Below are positions 31,434 through 41,630 of a stretch of DNA of 64,000 nucleotides, one piece after another. The first letter of the stretch is position 1; every line of letters begins with the position of its first letter. The notes beneath the pieces were generated by a model. That model was not told the DNA's origin, ran no database searches, and saw nothing but the letters and a program-made list of their open reading frames with translations. The DNA is taken from NCBI GenBank assembly GCA_005888095.1, contig VBKF01000103.1:35845-99844 (forward strand). Reading direction: 5' to 3'. The DNA comes from Deltaproteobacteria bacterium (GTDB taxonomy: Bacteria > Desulfobacterota > Binatia > DP-6). The position numbers were made by a program, and so were the translations under genes.

Positions 31434-31813
31434 TCTACGTCGACACCTCCGTGGTGCTGGCGGAGCTTCTCGCCGAGGATCGCTCGCCACCGGCGCGGCT
31501 CTGGGAGTCCGACCTCGTGTCGAGCCGACTGCTCGAGTACGAGCTCTGGACCCGGGTGCACGCGCGTAAGCTGACGTCCACCCACGGCGACGCGGCGCGC
31601 GCGATCGTGGCGAGGATCGCGTTGCTCGACCTCTCGCCGCTCGTCCTCGGACGGGCGCTCGACCCGTTTCCCGTCGCGGTCCGCACGCTCGACGCCTTCC
31701 ATCTGGCGTCGATGGACTATCTCCGAGGGGGCGGTCAAACCGTCGTGCTCGCAAGCTATGACGACCGTCTCGTCCGCGCCGCCAGCGCGCTCGACTTCCC
31801 GCTCTTCGAGTGA
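31430..31813 (+). CDS. vapC: PIN-domain ribonuclease toxin
   Basis: 127 aa; IYVDTSVV (first acidic residue), internal ...LDAFHLAS and ...SYDD acidic residues of a PIN fold. GTG start overlaps the antitoxin TGA. Confidence 0.8.
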   Translation: MIYVDTSVVLAELLAEDRSPPARLWESDLVSSRLLEYELWTRVHARKLTSTHGDAARAIVARIALLDLSPLVLGRALDPFPVAVRTLDAFHLASMDYLRGGGQTVVLASYDDRLVRAASALDFPLFE

Positions 31814-31937
31814 GAGGGGGGCGGCGGCACGTGGCGTCCGACGTTCGGACAGCGCCACACTCGACCAACAATTGCGAGCGCCACGTTGACTTCGCCCGCC
31901 GCGCGCGACTATCGTCCGCGACGGGGAGGACGCGGTC

Positions 31938-32348
31938 ATGTCGGTGAACCGAGTGATGCTGATCGGCAACCTGGGGAAGGATCCCGAGGTGCGCTTCACA
32001 CCGAGTGGACGCGCGGTCGCGCGCTTCCCGCTCGCCACGAGCGAGGTGTGGAACGACCAGGAGGGCCAGCGCCAGGAGCGGACGGACTGGCACAACGTGG
32101 TCGTCTGGGGAAAGCAGGCCGAGTCCTGCGGCCAGTACCTCGCCAAGGGCCGCCAGGTCTACGTCGAGGGGTCGATCCGCACCCGCCAGTACGACGACAA
32201 GGACGGCAACCGCCGCTACATCACCGAGATCATCGCGCAGCGGGTGCAGTTCCTCGGCGGCGGGCGCGGAGCCGACACGCCGCGCGGGCTTCCCGAGGAG
32301 CCGCCCCCCGGTCCGCCGAGCGCCACCGACGACGACGTCCCGTTCTGA
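31938..32348 (+). CDS. ssb: single-stranded DNA-binding protein
   Basis: 136 aa; OB-fold start [21 protein letters not shown], a Gly/Pro linker and an acidic tip DDDVPF. Confidence 0.95.
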   Translation: MSVNRVMLIGNLGKDPEVRFTPSGRAVARFPLATSEVWNDQEGQRQERTDWHNVVVWGKQAESCGQYLAKGRQVYVEGSIRTRQYDDKDGNRRYITEIIAQRVQFLGGGRGADTPRGLPEEPPPGPPSATDDDVPF

Positions 32349-32363
32349 ACGGGCGCGAGCCGC

Positions 32364-33392
32364 TCAGTCCGCCAGCCAGCGCACGGGCTTGCCGTGGAAG
32401 CCCGAGATCGCGATCAGGCGATCCTCGCCCGCGGGCCACGTCTTGAGCCGCACCTCCGCCCCCTCCGCGCCGGGCTCCATGCGCAGCCAGGCGAGCGGCG
32501 CATCCCGGGTGGCGCGCCGTCCCGCCTCCTCCACCTCCCCGACGAAGCGCTCCCGCTCGTCATCGGCCAGGTACTGCATGAAGATCGAGTGGAACACGAC
32601 CGACGCCACGGCGTGGACGGGACGCTGGAGCGCGGCCGCCGTCCAGCCCGCGGCGCTCGCCGCCTCGATCACGACCGGCACGCGTCGCGCCAGGGCGATC
32701 GCGCCGCGCAGCAGGGCGATACGCTCGAGCTGGTCCGCCCACACGTAGGACAGGAGCGTGCGCTCTCCTTCGGGCGACGCGGGATCGATCGGATGCCGGT
32801 CGCAGCCGCGGCGCGTCGCGATCCGGATGGGAACGTCGAGGGGAGGAAGCCGCGCCTCGAACGTCTCGACGAGCCGTACGGGCGAGTCGGGATCGCCCCA
32901 CGCCGTTCCACGGCATTCGTAGCGGTAGAGGTCCCAGCGCAGATTGAGTCCGGCGCTCGCTCCGACCTCGAGCAGCCGCAGGGGGAGTCCGGTTCGGGCG
33001 ACGAGGAGGAAGCCGCCGAGCAGCGCGGACGACCTGCCAACCTCGTTGGTCTGGACCGGGCGCTCGAGGAGCATCCCGAGCGCACGAGCGTGCCGCTCCA
33101 CCGCCGTCCGGAAGACCGGCCAGGCGGCCTCGGCGTCGGCACGGCCTCCGACCGACGGGTAATAGGGTGCCAGCTCCGGCACCTGGCCCTCCAGCACGAG
33201 CCGGTGCATGGAGCCCATCAGCCGGAGCGCCAGCGCCGAGCCCGGCGAATCGGACTCGTGGCCACGGAGCAGCTCCCGGACCGGGCCGCCGGCCGCCACG
33301 TCCGTGGCCGCATGCTCGAGCAGCCGCGCGTACAGCGGCGAGCCCAGCCGATCACACCAGCCCGCCTGCAGGCGAAGGAGGTCGGCTACCAC
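32364..33392 (-). CDS. DUF2332-family protein (uncharacterised)
   Basis: About 342 aa; resembles the DUF2332 family (recalled, not searched). GTG start preceded by GGAGG. Overlaps the radC 3' end by 7 nt. Confidence 0.6.
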   Translation of the reverse strand: MVADLLRLQAGWCDRLGSPLYARLLEHAATDVAAGGPVRELLRGHESDSPGSALALRLMGSMHRLVLEGQVPELAPYYPSVGGRADAEAAWPVFRTAVERHARALGMLLERPVQTNEVGRSSALLGGFLLVARTGLPLRLLEVGASAGLNLRWDLYRYECRGTAWGDPDSPVRLVETFEARLPPLDVPIRIATRRGCDRHPIDPASPEGERTLLSYVWADQLERIALLRGAIALARRVPVVIEAASAAGWTAAALQRPVHAVASVVFHSIFMQYLADDERERFVGEVEEAGRRATRDAPLAWLRMEPGAEGAEVRLKTWPAGEDRLIAISGFHGKPVRWLAD

Positions 33393-34084
33393 CGCCCCTC
33401 CTCGGCCATGCTCGTGTAGCGTCCCCGGCCGATCACCACGTGGTCGAGCACCCGGATGCCGACGAGCTCCCCCACCTGCCGCAGACGCTGGGTGATGGCA
33501 GCGTCCTCGGCCGACGGCGTGGGATCGCCGCTCGGGTGATTGTGGACCAGGATGAGCGCCGCGGCGGCGGCACGGATGGCGGGGCAGAAGACCTCGCGCG
33601 GATGGACGAGGGCCGCGGTCAGCGATCCCTCCGAGACGTGCACCTCCGCCTGGACGCGGTTCTTGCCGTCGAGGAGGAGGACGTAGAACACCTCGCGTTC
33701 GAGCTGCGGGAGGCGCCCGCGGAAGTGGCCGTAGACCGCCGCCGCGTCGCGCACCGGGCCGCCGGCGGTGAGCGGCAGGGCCGCGCCCCGCCGGCCGAGC
33801 TCGAGCGCCGCGCGCACCAGCGCGGCCCGTCTCGGCCAGAGGCCGCCGAGCGCGGCGTACGCGGCGCGATCGAGACGGTCGAGCCGCTCGACCCCGCCCG
33901 CGGCGCCGATCATCCGCTCCGCGAGCGACACGGCGGCCGGCGTCGCCGCGCCGCCGTCGAGCACGAGGCCGAGGAGCTCCGCGTCCGAGCACGCGGACGC
34001 GCCGGCCGCGAGGACTCGCTCGCGCACGCCGAGCAGCCGCAGCCGGCGCCCGGTCGGCGCCGCGGAGTCGGAGACGGTGTCCAC
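33386..34084 (-). CDS. radC: DNA repair protein RadC (JAB/MPN domain)
   Basis: HNHPSGDPTPSAEDAAIT is the JAMM motif, with an N-terminal HhH region. Confidence 0.9.
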   Translation of the reverse strand: MDTVSDSAAPTGRRLRLLGVRERVLAAGASACSDAELLGLVLDGGAATPAAVSLAERMIGAAGGVERLDRLDRAAYAALGGLWPRRAALVRAALELGRRGAALPLTAGGPVRDAAAVYGHFRGRLPQLEREVFYVLLLDGKNRVQAEVHVSEGSLTAALVHPREVFCPAIRAAAAALILVHNHPSGDPTPSAEDAAITQRLRQVGELVGIRVLDHVVIGRGRYTSMAEEGRW

Positions 34085-34154
34085 CTCGACGCCTCGATAG
34101 CGGTCGCGCGCGGCCGACGCGATACCTAGACCGAGCCGTTGCGCGAGCCACGCC

Positions 34155-35324
34155 TCACGCCCGCAGGAGAAGCACCTTCAGGTACTCGCCCTCGGCATGC
34201 GCGAGCGCGGTCGGGTGGTCCGGCGGGTGTCCCCACTCGGCGACGACCTGGACCGCCCGGCCCGCGTCCGCGGCCGCGGCGCTCACGACCTCGCGGAAGG
34301 CCGCGCGCGGGAGATGCTGCGAGCAGGACGACGTCACCAGCCACCCGCCGGGGACGAGGCGGCGGAACGCCTGCAGGTTGACGTCCTTGTAGCCGCGGAG
34401 CCCCGGAACGAGGTCGCGCCGGCGGCGCACGAAGGCAGGCGGGTCGAGGACGATCAGCTCGTAGCGGTCCTCGCCGGCGCGCAGGAAGTCGAAGACGTCG
34501 GCGACGACGAAGCGGCCGGCCGCCGGGGCGAGGCCGTTCTCCGCCCAGGCGGCCTCGCCGAGCTCGAGCGCGGGCCGCGAGGTGTCGACCGACACGACCT
34601 CCCGCGCCCCCGCCCGGGCCGCGACGATCGCGAAGGCGCCGCTGTAGGCGAAGGCGTTCAGCACGCGCCGGCCCGCGGCAAGCGCGCCGACTCGGCGGCG
34701 CGTCTCGCGCTGGTCGAGGTAGAAGCCCGTCTTCTGCCCGTGGTGCACGTCGACCACGAAGCGGGCGCCGTCCTCCTCGATCGTGAGGCGCAGGGGGGGC
34801 GCGTCGCCGGCGAGGACGCCCCGTGCGCCGGGAATGCCCTCCTCGGTCCGCACCGCGCCCTCGCTGCGCTCGAAGACGCCCCGCGGGTGAAGGCGCTCCT
34901 CGAGCGTCGAGACGACGGCCGGCGCCAGGCGCGCGGCGCCCGCGGTGAGAAACTGGCAGACGACGAAGTCGCCGTACCGGTCGACCACGATACCCGGCAG
35001 GCGGTCGCCCTCGCCGTTCGCCACCCGATACGTGTCGAGGCCGGGGCCGAGCAGCTGCTCCCGGAGCGCGAGCGCCTGGTCCAGGCGGCGGTGGACGAGC
35101 GCGGCCTCGACTGGCTCGTCGTCGGTGGTGAGGACGCGGACGGCGATCGGCGTCCGCGGGTTGCAGTAGCCGGCGGCGAGGAAGCGGCCGTTCGCCGCCA
35201 CCACGCGCACGGCCTCTCCGGGCTCCGCGCCCTCGAGTCCCGCGGCGATCGCACCCGAGAAGATCCACGGGTGGCCGGTCCGGACCGGGCCGTCGCGCCC
35301 CGGCTTGAGCGTGATCACCCGCAC
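34155..35324 (-). CDS. rlmI: 23S rRNA (cytosine1962-C5)-methyltransferase (PUA plus SAM MTase)
   Basis: PUA-like N-terminus, SAM-binding region, and RlmI-type catalytic residues (LVTSSCSQH). Start at a GTG preceded by GGGAGG; the upstream part of the ORF is Arg-rich leader. Confidence 0.8.
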   Translation of the reverse strand: MRVITLKPGRDGPVRTGHPWIFSGAIAAGLEGAEPGEAVRVVAANGRFLAAGYCNPRTPIAVRVLTTDDEPVEAALVHRRLDQALALREQLLGPGLDTYRVANGEGDRLPGIVVDRYGDFVVCQFLTAGAARLAPAVVSTLEERLHPRGVFERSEGAVRTEEGIPGARGVLAGDAPPLRLTIEEDGARFVVDVHHGQKTGFYLDQRETRRRVGALAAGRRVLNAFAYSGAFAIVAARAGAREVVSVDTSRPALELGEAAWAENGLAPAAGRFVVADVFDFLRAGEDRYELIVLDPPAFVRRRRDLVPGLRGYKDVNLQAFRRLVPGGWLVTSSCSQHLPRAAFREVVSAAAADAGRAVQVVAEWGHPPDHPTALAHAEGEYLKVLLLRA

Positions 35325-35338
35325 GGACCGCCTCCCGA

Positions 35339-35836
35339 CTACCGTTCGCCCGGTCGGACGAAGGTGCCGCTCCGGCCGCCGGTCTTCCGCACCAGGCGGA
35401 CCTGCCCGAGGGTCATGCCGCGGTCGACGGCCTTGCACATGTCGTAGAGCGTGAGCCCGGCAACGGCGACCGCGGTGAGCGCCTCCATCTCGACGCCCGT
35501 CCGTCCCTCGACGCGCGCGCGGCCCTCGATGATGACGCGCGCCCCCGGCGGGTCGACGGCGAGCGAGACGTCGACGTGCGAGAGCGGCAGCGGGTGGCAG
35601 AGAGGGATCAGCTCCGCCGTCCGCTTGGCCGCCATCATGCCCGCGAGCCGCGCGACGGCCAGCACGTCGCCCTTGGGCACCGTGCCGGCGGCGATGCGAG
35701 CCAGCGTCCCTGGCTGCATCGTCACCTCGCCGCGCGCCACCGCCTCGCGCACCGTGACCGGCTTGGCCGAGACGTCGACCATGCGGGCGCGCCCGGCATG
35801 ATCGAGGTGCGTCAAGCGTCGCCGCGGCCGCGCCAT
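35339..35836 (-). CDS. moaC: cyclic pyranopterin monophosphate synthase accessory protein
   Basis: 165 aa; MVDVSAKP...[22 protein letters not shown] are MoaC signatures. Confidence 0.9.
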   Translation of the reverse strand: MARPRRRLTHLDHAGRARMVDVSAKPVTVREAVARGEVTMQPGTLARIAAGTVPKGDVLAVARLAGMMAAKRTAELIPLCHPLPLSHVDVSLAVDPPGARVIIEGRARVEGRTGVEMEALTAVAVAGLTLYDMCKAVDRGMTLGQVRLVRKTGGRSGTFVRPGER

Positions 35837-35883
35837 TTACCTTGCGCGGCCTATACCAGCTCCCTATAGTCAGCGGAATCGCG

Positions 35884-36828
35884 ATGGCCGACCCGGTCTG
35901 TCACCGTGTGCTCATCCTGGGCTCCGGCCCCGCCGGACTCACCGCGGCGCTCTACGCGGCGCGCGCGAACCTCGGGCCGACGGTGGTCGAGGGCTCGCAG
36001 CCGGGCGGCCAGCTCACCATCACGACCGACGTCGAGAACTACCCGGGCTTCCCGAAGGGCATCCTCGGCCCCGAGCTGATGGAGGTGTTCAAGGAGCAGG
36101 CCGGCCGCTTCGGGACGCACTTCATCTACGGCGACGTGACGGCGGTGGACCTGTCGAGCCGGCCCTTCCGGCTCACGATCGGCGACGAGCTCCACCGCGC
36201 CGAGACCCTCATCGTCGCGACCGGCGCGAGCGCGAAGCTCCTCGGGCTCCCCTCCGAGCAGCGGCTCATGGGCTACGGCGTATCGGCGTGCGCCACCTGC
36301 GACGGCTTCTTCTTCAAGGACAAGGAGCTGGCCGTGGTCGGCGGCGGCGACACGGCGATGGAGGAGGCCACCTACCTCACCAAGTACGCGACGCGGGTCC
36401 ACGTGCTGCACCGGCGCGATCAGCTCCGCGCCTCCAAGATCATGCAGGAGCGCGCGCGCCGCAACCCGAAGATCGCCTTCGTCTGGAACGTCGTCGTGCG
36501 CGAGATCGTCGGCGATCCCGCTGCGGGCGGCGTCACCGGCGTCGTCCTCGAGGACGCCCGCACGCGCGAGCGCCGCACCATGCCCGTCGACGGCGTGTTC
36601 ATCGCCATCGGCCACGAGCCGAACACCAAGCTCCTCGCCGGGCAGCTCGAGATGGACGAGCGCGGCTACATCGTCACGCGGCCGCGGACGACCGCGACCA
36701 GTGTCCCCGGCGTCTTCGCGGCCGGCGACGTCCAGGACCCGAGCTACCGTCAGGCGGTCACCGCCGCCGGCACCGGCTGCATGGCCGCCATCGACGCCGA
36801 GCGCTTCCTCGAAGCGCAGCACGGCTGA
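35884..36828 (+). CDS. trxB: thioredoxin-disulfide reductase
   Basis: GSGPAG FAD motif, redox-active CATC, and a [15 protein letters not shown] motif. Start at MADPV. Confidence 0.9.
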   Translation: MADPVCHRVLILGSGPAGLTAALYAARANLGPTVVEGSQPGGQLTITTDVENYPGFPKGILGPELMEVFKEQAGRFGTHFIYGDVTAVDLSSRPFRLTIGDELHRAETLIVATGASAKLLGLPSEQRLMGYGVSACATCDGFFFKDKELAVVGGGDTAMEEATYLTKYATRVHVLHRRDQLRASKIMQERARRNPKIAFVWNVVVREIVGDPAAGGVTGVVLEDARTRERRTMPVDGVFIAIGHEPNTKLLAGQLEMDERGYIVTRPRTTATSVPGVFAAGDVQDPSYRQAVTAAGTGCMAAIDAERFLEAQHG

Positions 36829-36843
36829 AACGCAACCGGTCCC

Positions 36844-37542
36844 TTACCCGGCCATCCGCCGGCGGAACTCTCGCGCGCGGCGGCTCGACGAGGCGAGCTC
36901 GAGGAAGAGGAGGCCGCGCACGATCATCATGAAGTAGAGCAGGACGCCGGCGGCCGCGTCGCCGACGATGCCGAACGGGCCGCCGGGAAGTTCCGCCACC
37001 GCCACCACCGCCGCGCCGAGGGCCAGCGTGGCCGGGAACCACTCGATCCAGTTCTCGCCGATGAAGCGATAGCTCTCGACGAGGAGCTCGGCCGCCGAGT
37101 GCCGTCCGAGGTAGATGAGCTCGGGGACGGCGTTGAAGAAGACGAGTACGGCAAGGCCGAACACGATCGCCAGGAAGCGGAAGGGCGCAAGCACGACCGA
37201 CGCGACCAGGCCCAGCAGCGAGGTGAGGAAGCCCACCGCCAGCAACTCGCCGAGATAGGCGGCGAAGCTCGACGGCACATCGCCGAGCCGCACCCGGCCC
37301 GACCGGATCACCTGCTCGACGAGCGAGAGCCACGAGCTGAGGCACGCCATCATGACGAGCCAGAGCAGCAGCCCGCCGACGACCCCGAGGGGCGCCGTCA
37401 CCTGCGCGACGAGCCCGAGCAGCGCCCCGTACGCCACGACCATCAGGCCGACGGGCCAGTTGGTGAGCGCGAGCCGTGCCCCCCGACGAAAGACGCGGCC
37501 GTAGAGCGCCGCCGTGTCCGTGATCCAGCCGCGCGGAAGCAC
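36844..37542 (-). CDS. hypothetical integral membrane protein
   Basis: 232 aa with about 6 hydrophobic segments and no known motif. Composition is hydrophobic rather than Arg/Ala-biased, which argues for real coding. Confidence 0.45.
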   Translation of the reverse strand: MLPRGWITDTAALYGRVFRRGARLALTNWPVGLMVVAYGALLGLVAQVTAPLGVVGGLLLWLVMMACLSSWLSLVEQVIRSGRVRLGDVPSSFAAYLGELLAVGFLTSLLGLVASVVLAPFRFLAIVFGLAVLVFFNAVPELIYLGRHSAAELLVESYRFIGENWIEWFPATLALGAAVVAVAELPGGPFGIVGDAAAGVLLYFMMIVRGLLFLELASSSRRAREFRRRMAG

Positions 37543-37543
37543 G

Positions 37544-38314
37544 CTACACCCGGACCGTCACGCCGCGCGCGGCGAGGTACGTCTTCGCCTCGCGCACGCG
37601 GTGCTCGCCGTAGTGGAAGATCGAGGCGACGAGCGCGGCGCTGGCGCCGCCGGCGACGAGCCCCTCGTAGAGGTGCTCGAGCGTGCCCGCGCCCCCCGAC
37701 GCGATCACGGGGATGCCGACGCGCTCGACGACGGCCCGGGTGAGCTCGAGGTCGTAGCCCGCGCGCGTCCCATCCCGGTCCATGCTCGTCAGCAGTATCT
37801 CGCCGGCGCCGGCCGCCTCCATGGCCGCCGCCCAGGCGATGGCGTCGAGGCCGGTCGGCGTCCGCCCGCCGTGCGTGTAGACCTCCCAGCCGCGGGCCGC
37901 GTCTGCCGCCACGCGGCGGCGCGCGTCGATCGCGACCACCACGCACTGCGTCCCGAACCGCTCGGCCGCCTCGCGGACGAAGTCGGGCCGGCCCACCGCC
38001 GCGGTGTTGATCGACACCTTGTCGGCGCCGGCCTTGAGCAGCGCGCGCACGTCGTCGACCGTCCGCACGCCGCCCCCGACGGTGAGCGGCATGAAGACGC
38101 GCTCGGCCGTGCGGGCGACGACGTCGAGGATGATCGGCCGGCGCTCGTGCGAGGCGGTGATGTCGAGGAAGCAGAGCTCGTCGGCGCCTTCGGCGTCGTA
38201 GCGAGCCGCGACCTCGACCGGGTCGCCGGCGTCGATGAGGTCGACGAAGCGCACGCCCTTGACGACGCGCCCATCCTTCACGTCGAGGCAGGGGATGATG
38301 CGGCGCGCGAGCAT
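37544..38314 (-). CDS. hisF: imidazole glycerol phosphate synthase cyclase subunit
   Basis: [20 protein letters not shown]...; 256 aa. Start ATG overlaps the hisA stop (ATGA). Confidence 0.95.
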   Translation of the reverse strand: MLARRIIPCLDVKDGRVVKGVRFVDLIDAGDPVEVAARYDAEGADELCFLDITASHERRPIILDVVARTAERVFMPLTVGGGVRTVDDVRALLKAGADKVSINTAAVGRPDFVREAAERFGTQCVVVAIDARRRVAADAARGWEVYTHGGRTPTGLDAIAWAAAMEAAGAGEILLTSMDRDGTRAGYDLELTRAVVERVGIPVIASGGAGTLEHLYEGLVAGGASAALVASIFHYGEHRVREAKTYLAARGVTVRV

Positions 38315-39042
38315 CAGGCGGCCCCCGCGACCGCCAGCGCATCGGCGAGACGGACGGCGCCCGTGTAGAGCGCCCGCCCGATGATGACGCCCGCGACGCC
38401 GTCTGCCCCGAGCGCCGCGACGGCCCGCAGGTGATCGAGCGAGCCGATACCGCCCGAGGCGATCACCGGCAGGCCCGCCGCGCGGGCCACCGCCCGCGTG
38501 CCGGCGAGGTCGGGACCCAGCTCCGTGCCGTCGCGCTCGACGTCCGTGTACACGACGGCCGCGGCGCCCATGCCGGCCGCGCGGCCCGCGGCCGTCACCG
38601 CGTCGAGATCCTCGGCCTCGGTCCAGCCGGCCACGCGCACGCGGCCGGCGCGCGCGTCGAGGCCGACGGCCACGCGGCCCGGGTGGGCGCGGCAGAGCGT
38701 CCGGCAGAGCGCCGGGTCGCGGACCGCGACTGTTCCCACCACGACCCGCGCCGCGCCCGCGTCGAGCACGGCCGCCACCGCGTCGGCGTCGCGCAGCCCG
38801 CCGCCCACCTGGACCGGGATCGCCGCCGTCCGGCAGATCTCCCGCACCAGCGCCGTCTGCATCGGCCGGCCGGCGCGCGCGCCGTCGAGGTCGACGACGT
38901 GCAGCCACTGCGCCCCCGCCGCGGCCCACGCGCGGGCGACCGCGACCGGATCGTCGCCGTAGACGGTCTCCCGGTCGAACGCGCCCTGCAGGAGCCGGAC
39001 GCAGCGGCCGCCGCGCAGGTCGATGGCCGGATAGACGATCAT
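38314..39042 (-). CDS. hisA: 1-(5-phosphoribosyl)-5-[(5-phosphoribosylamino)methylideneamino]imidazole-4-carboxamide isomerase
   Basis: [20 protein letters not shown]...; 242 aa. ATGA overlap with the hisH stop. Confidence 0.9.
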   Translation of the reverse strand: MIVYPAIDLRGGRCVRLLQGAFDRETVYGDDPVAVARAWAAAGAQWLHVVDLDGARAGRPMQTALVREICRTAAIPVQVGGGLRDADAVAAVLDAGAARVVVGTVAVRDPALCRTLCRAHPGRVAVGLDARAGRVRVAGWTEAEDLDAVTAAGRAAGMGAAAVVYTDVERDGTELGPDLAGTRAVARAAGLPVIASGGIGSLDHLRAVAALGADGVAGVIIGRALYTGAVRLADALAVAGAA

Positions 39043-39668
39043 GACCGGCCGCGCACCACCCGCACGAAGTTCTCGAGCAGGCGGAGTCCCACCGCCTGGC
39101 TCTTCTCGGGGTGGAACTGACAGGCGAACACGTTGTCCCGCACCACGCTCGAGGCGAACTCCGCCCCGTACGGCGTCGCGGTCGCGACGAGCGCGGCATC
39201 GGCCGGGACGGGGTAGTAGGAGTGCACGAAGTAGACGTAGGCGCCGTCCGCGATGCCCGCGAGGTGCGGCGCCGGCCGCGCGATGCGGAGCGTGTTCCAC
39301 CCCATGTGGGGCACCTTCCGGTCCGGGTCGGGCGCGAAGCGCACGACGCGCCCGGGCAGGATGTGGAGGCCCTCGATCGGACCGAACTCCTCGCTCTCGT
39401 CGAAGAGGAGCTGCATGCCGAGGCAGATGCCGAGGAAGGGACGCCCGGTGGTGATCGCCCGGCGCACCGGCTCGAGGAGGCCGAGCGCCCGGAGGTTCGC
39501 CATGCACGCGCCGAAGGCGCCGACGCCGGGCAGCACGACGCCCGGCGCGCCGGCGATGCGCTCGGGGTCGCGCGTCACCTCCGCCGCCTGGCCGACGCGC
39601 TCGAACGCCTTGGCGACGCTGCGCAGGTTCCCCATGCCGTAGTCGACGATCGCGAGCGGCCGCATCAC
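39039..39668 (-). CDS. hisH: imidazole glycerol phosphate synthase glutaminase subunit
   Basis: [14 protein letters not shown]...GICLGMQ (class I glutamine amidotransferase Cys) ...HSYY. Confidence 0.9.
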   Translation of the reverse strand: MMRPLAIVDYGMGNLRSVAKAFERVGQAAEVTRDPERIAGAPGVVLPGVGAFGACMANLRALGLLEPVRRAITTGRPFLGICLGMQLLFDESEEFGPIEGLHILPGRVVRFAPDPDRKVPHMGWNTLRIARPAPHLAGIADGAYVYFVHSYYPVPADAALVATATPYGAEFASSVVRDNVFACQFHPEKSQAVGLRLLENFVRVVRGRS

Positions 39669-39684
39669 GGCTCCCGGGCTCGAG

Positions 39685-40308
39685 CTAGAGCGTCCCCTTG
39701 GTCGAGAGCACGCCCGAGAGGCGGGGGTCGCGCTGCGTCGCCAGGTCCATGGCGCGGGACAGCGACTTGAAGGTCGCCTCGACGATGTGGTGCGGGTTGC
39801 GGCCCGAGGCCATGCGGACGTGCAGGTTCATCGCCGCTTGATTGGTGAGCGCGAGCAGGAAGTCGTGAACCAGCTCGACGTCGAAGCTGCCGATCTTCGC
39901 CTGCTCGATCTTGACGTCGTAGACGAAGAACGGCCGTCCGGAGAGGTCGACGACGCTCGTCACCAGCGCCTCGTCGAGCGGCACCGCGGCCTCGCCGAAG
40001 CGGCGGATGCCGGCCTTGTCGCCGAGCGCCTCGCGGAACGCCTGGCCGAGCGCCAGGCCGACGTCCTCGACCGTGTGGTGATAGTCCACCTCGAGGTCGC
40101 CAGTCGCGCGCACGGTGAGGTCGAAGAAGCCGTGGCGGGCGAAGATCTCGAGCATGTGGTTCAGGAACGCGATACCGCTCTCCACCTGGTAGCGCCCGGC
40201 TCCGTCGAGGTTCAGCTGCAGGTGGATGTCGGTCTCCTTGGTGCGTCGCGTGACCGTGGCGGTCCGCTCGTGCGGGCGCGACGGGGCGCGGCGGGCGCGA
40301 AGGGTCAT
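39685..40308 (-). CDS. hisB: imidazoleglycerol-phosphate dehydratase
   Basis: RKTKETDI...HHTVEDVG...HHIVEA, the metal-binding His motifs of IGPD. Confidence 0.9.
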   Translation of the reverse strand: MTLRARRAPSRPHERTATVTRRTKETDIHLQLNLDGAGRYQVESGIAFLNHMLEIFARHGFFDLTVRATGDLEVDYHHTVEDVGLALGQAFREALGDKAGIRRFGEAAVPLDEALVTSVVDLSGRPFFVYDVKIEQAKIGSFDVELVHDFLLALTNQAAMNLHVRMASGRNPHHIVEATFKSLSRAMDLATQRDPRLSGVLSTKGTL

Positions 40309-41630
40309 CGGTTGCCTCCTCTCACGGCGGCGAGCCGCCGCTCGACGGCTCGCCCGTGCGCGTCGAGGCCCTCGAGCCGAGCGAGCCGCACGACCGGCGG
40401 CCCGAGGGTGGCGAGCGTGCGCGGGCCGGCCCCGATGACGCTCGTCCGCTTGACGAAGTCGTAGACGCCGAGCGGGGAGGCGAAGCGCGCCGTCCCGCCC
40501 GTCGGCAGCACGTGATTCGGGCCGGCGAGATAGTCGCCGAGCGCCTCGGGCGCGTCCTGCCCGAGGAACACGGCGCCCGCGTGGCGCACCCCGGCCGCCA
40601 CCGGCCCCGGATCGCGCACCGCGAGCTCGAGGTGCTCGGGGGCGAGCCGGTTCGCGATCTCGACCGCCTCGGCCACCGAGCGCGTGACGACGATCGCCCC
40701 GAAGGCCGCGAGCGCGCGCTCGGCGATGGCACGCCGCGGAAGCGTGGCGAGCTGCGCCGCGAGGGCCGCGGCGACCCGGGCGGCAAGCCGGCGGTCCGTG
40801 GTCAGGCAGACCGCCGCCGCGAGCGGGTCGTGCTCGGCCTGGGCGAGCATGTCGGCCGCCACCAGCTCCGGGTCGGCCGAGCGGTCGGCCACGATCACCA
40901 CCTCGCTCGGGCCGGCAATCGCATCGATGGCGACGTGCCCGTAGCAGAGCCGCTTCGCGGTCGCGACGTAGATGTTGCCCGGACCGACGATCTTGTCGAC
41001 GCGCGGCACGGTCTCGGTGCCGAACGCGAGCGCCGCGATGGCCTGGGCTCCGCCCAGGCGATAGAGCCGGTCGACGCCAGCCACGTGGCAGGCCGCCAGA
41101 ATGAGGGGATTGTCGAGAGGGTGGTCGCCGCCCTTCTGCGCCGGGGTGACCGCGATCACCTCCCGGACGCCGGCGACCCGGGCGGTGACCACGGTCATCA
41201 GGACCGTCGACGGATAGACCGCGCGGCCGCCCGGGATGTAGACGCCGACCCGCGCGAGCGGCTCGATGCGCTGGCCGAGCCGCGCGCCGGTCGCGTCGCG
41301 GAAGGACCAGGAGCGCTCGCGCTGGCGCGCGTGGAAGGCGCGGATGCGGCGCGCGGCGAGCGCGAGATCGCGGCGTACGCTCGGCGGCTGCTTCCGATAG
41401 GCCCGCGCCAGCGCGCCGTCGGGCACACGCAGCTCGCCCCGCCGGAGCGAGACGCCGTCGAACCGCCGGGTGAATGCCAGGAGCGCGCGGTCGCCGCGCC
41501 GCCGCACGGCCTCGATGATGCGGCGGACGTCCGCCTCCACCCTGGCACCCGCCGCCTCCCCGCGCCGCTCCAGGCGCGCGAGGCGCCGCCGCGCGGCGGC
41601 GCTGCCCGAGGTGCAGACGAGGTCGGTCAC
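40305..41630 (-). CDS. hisD: histidinol dehydrogenase
   Basis: 441 aa; [14 protein letters not shown]...QAEHD...[11 protein letters not shown] motifs. 4-nt overlaps on both sides. Confidence 0.9.
   Translation of the reverse strand: MTDLVCTSGSAAARRRLARLERRGEAAGARVEADVRRIIEAVRRRGDRALLAFTRRFDGVSLRRGELRVPDGALARAYRKQPPSVRRDLALAARRIRAFHARQRERSWSFRDATGARLGQRIEPLARVGVYIPGGRAVYPSTVLMTVVTARVAGVREVIAVTPAQKGGDHPLDNPLILAACHVAGVDRLYRLGGAQAIAALAFGTETVPRVDKIVGPGNIYVATAKRLCYGHVAIDAIAGPSEVVIVADRSADPELVAADMLAQAEHDPLAAAVCLTTDRRLAARVAAALAAQLATLPRRAIAERALAAFGAIVVTRSVAEAVEIANRLAPEHLELAVRDPGPVAAGVRHAGAVFLGQDAPEALGDYLAGPNHVLPTGGTARFASPLGVYDFVKRTSVIGAGPRTLATLGPPVVRLARLEGLDAHGRAVERRLAAVRGGNR

Noticed and set aside
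31833-31865. GC-rich inverted repeat after vapC (GTGGCG...CGCCAC) as a rho-independent terminator
   Set aside because: No T-tract follows it. It is mentioned only as a possible hairpin within the vapBC finding and was not called as a terminator feature.
37544-39199. 551-aa ORF extending hisF far upstream (and similar long N-terminal extensions of murA 41627-43804, glpK/hydrolase 45138-47516, rimO 22627-24558, the rSAM gene 51812-53866, rlmI, and the icd/queE ORFs)
   Set aside because: The upstream portions are Arg-rich, lack homology and run through the neighbouring gene. True starts were placed at internal ATG/GTG codons matching family N-termini and RBS or overlap signals.
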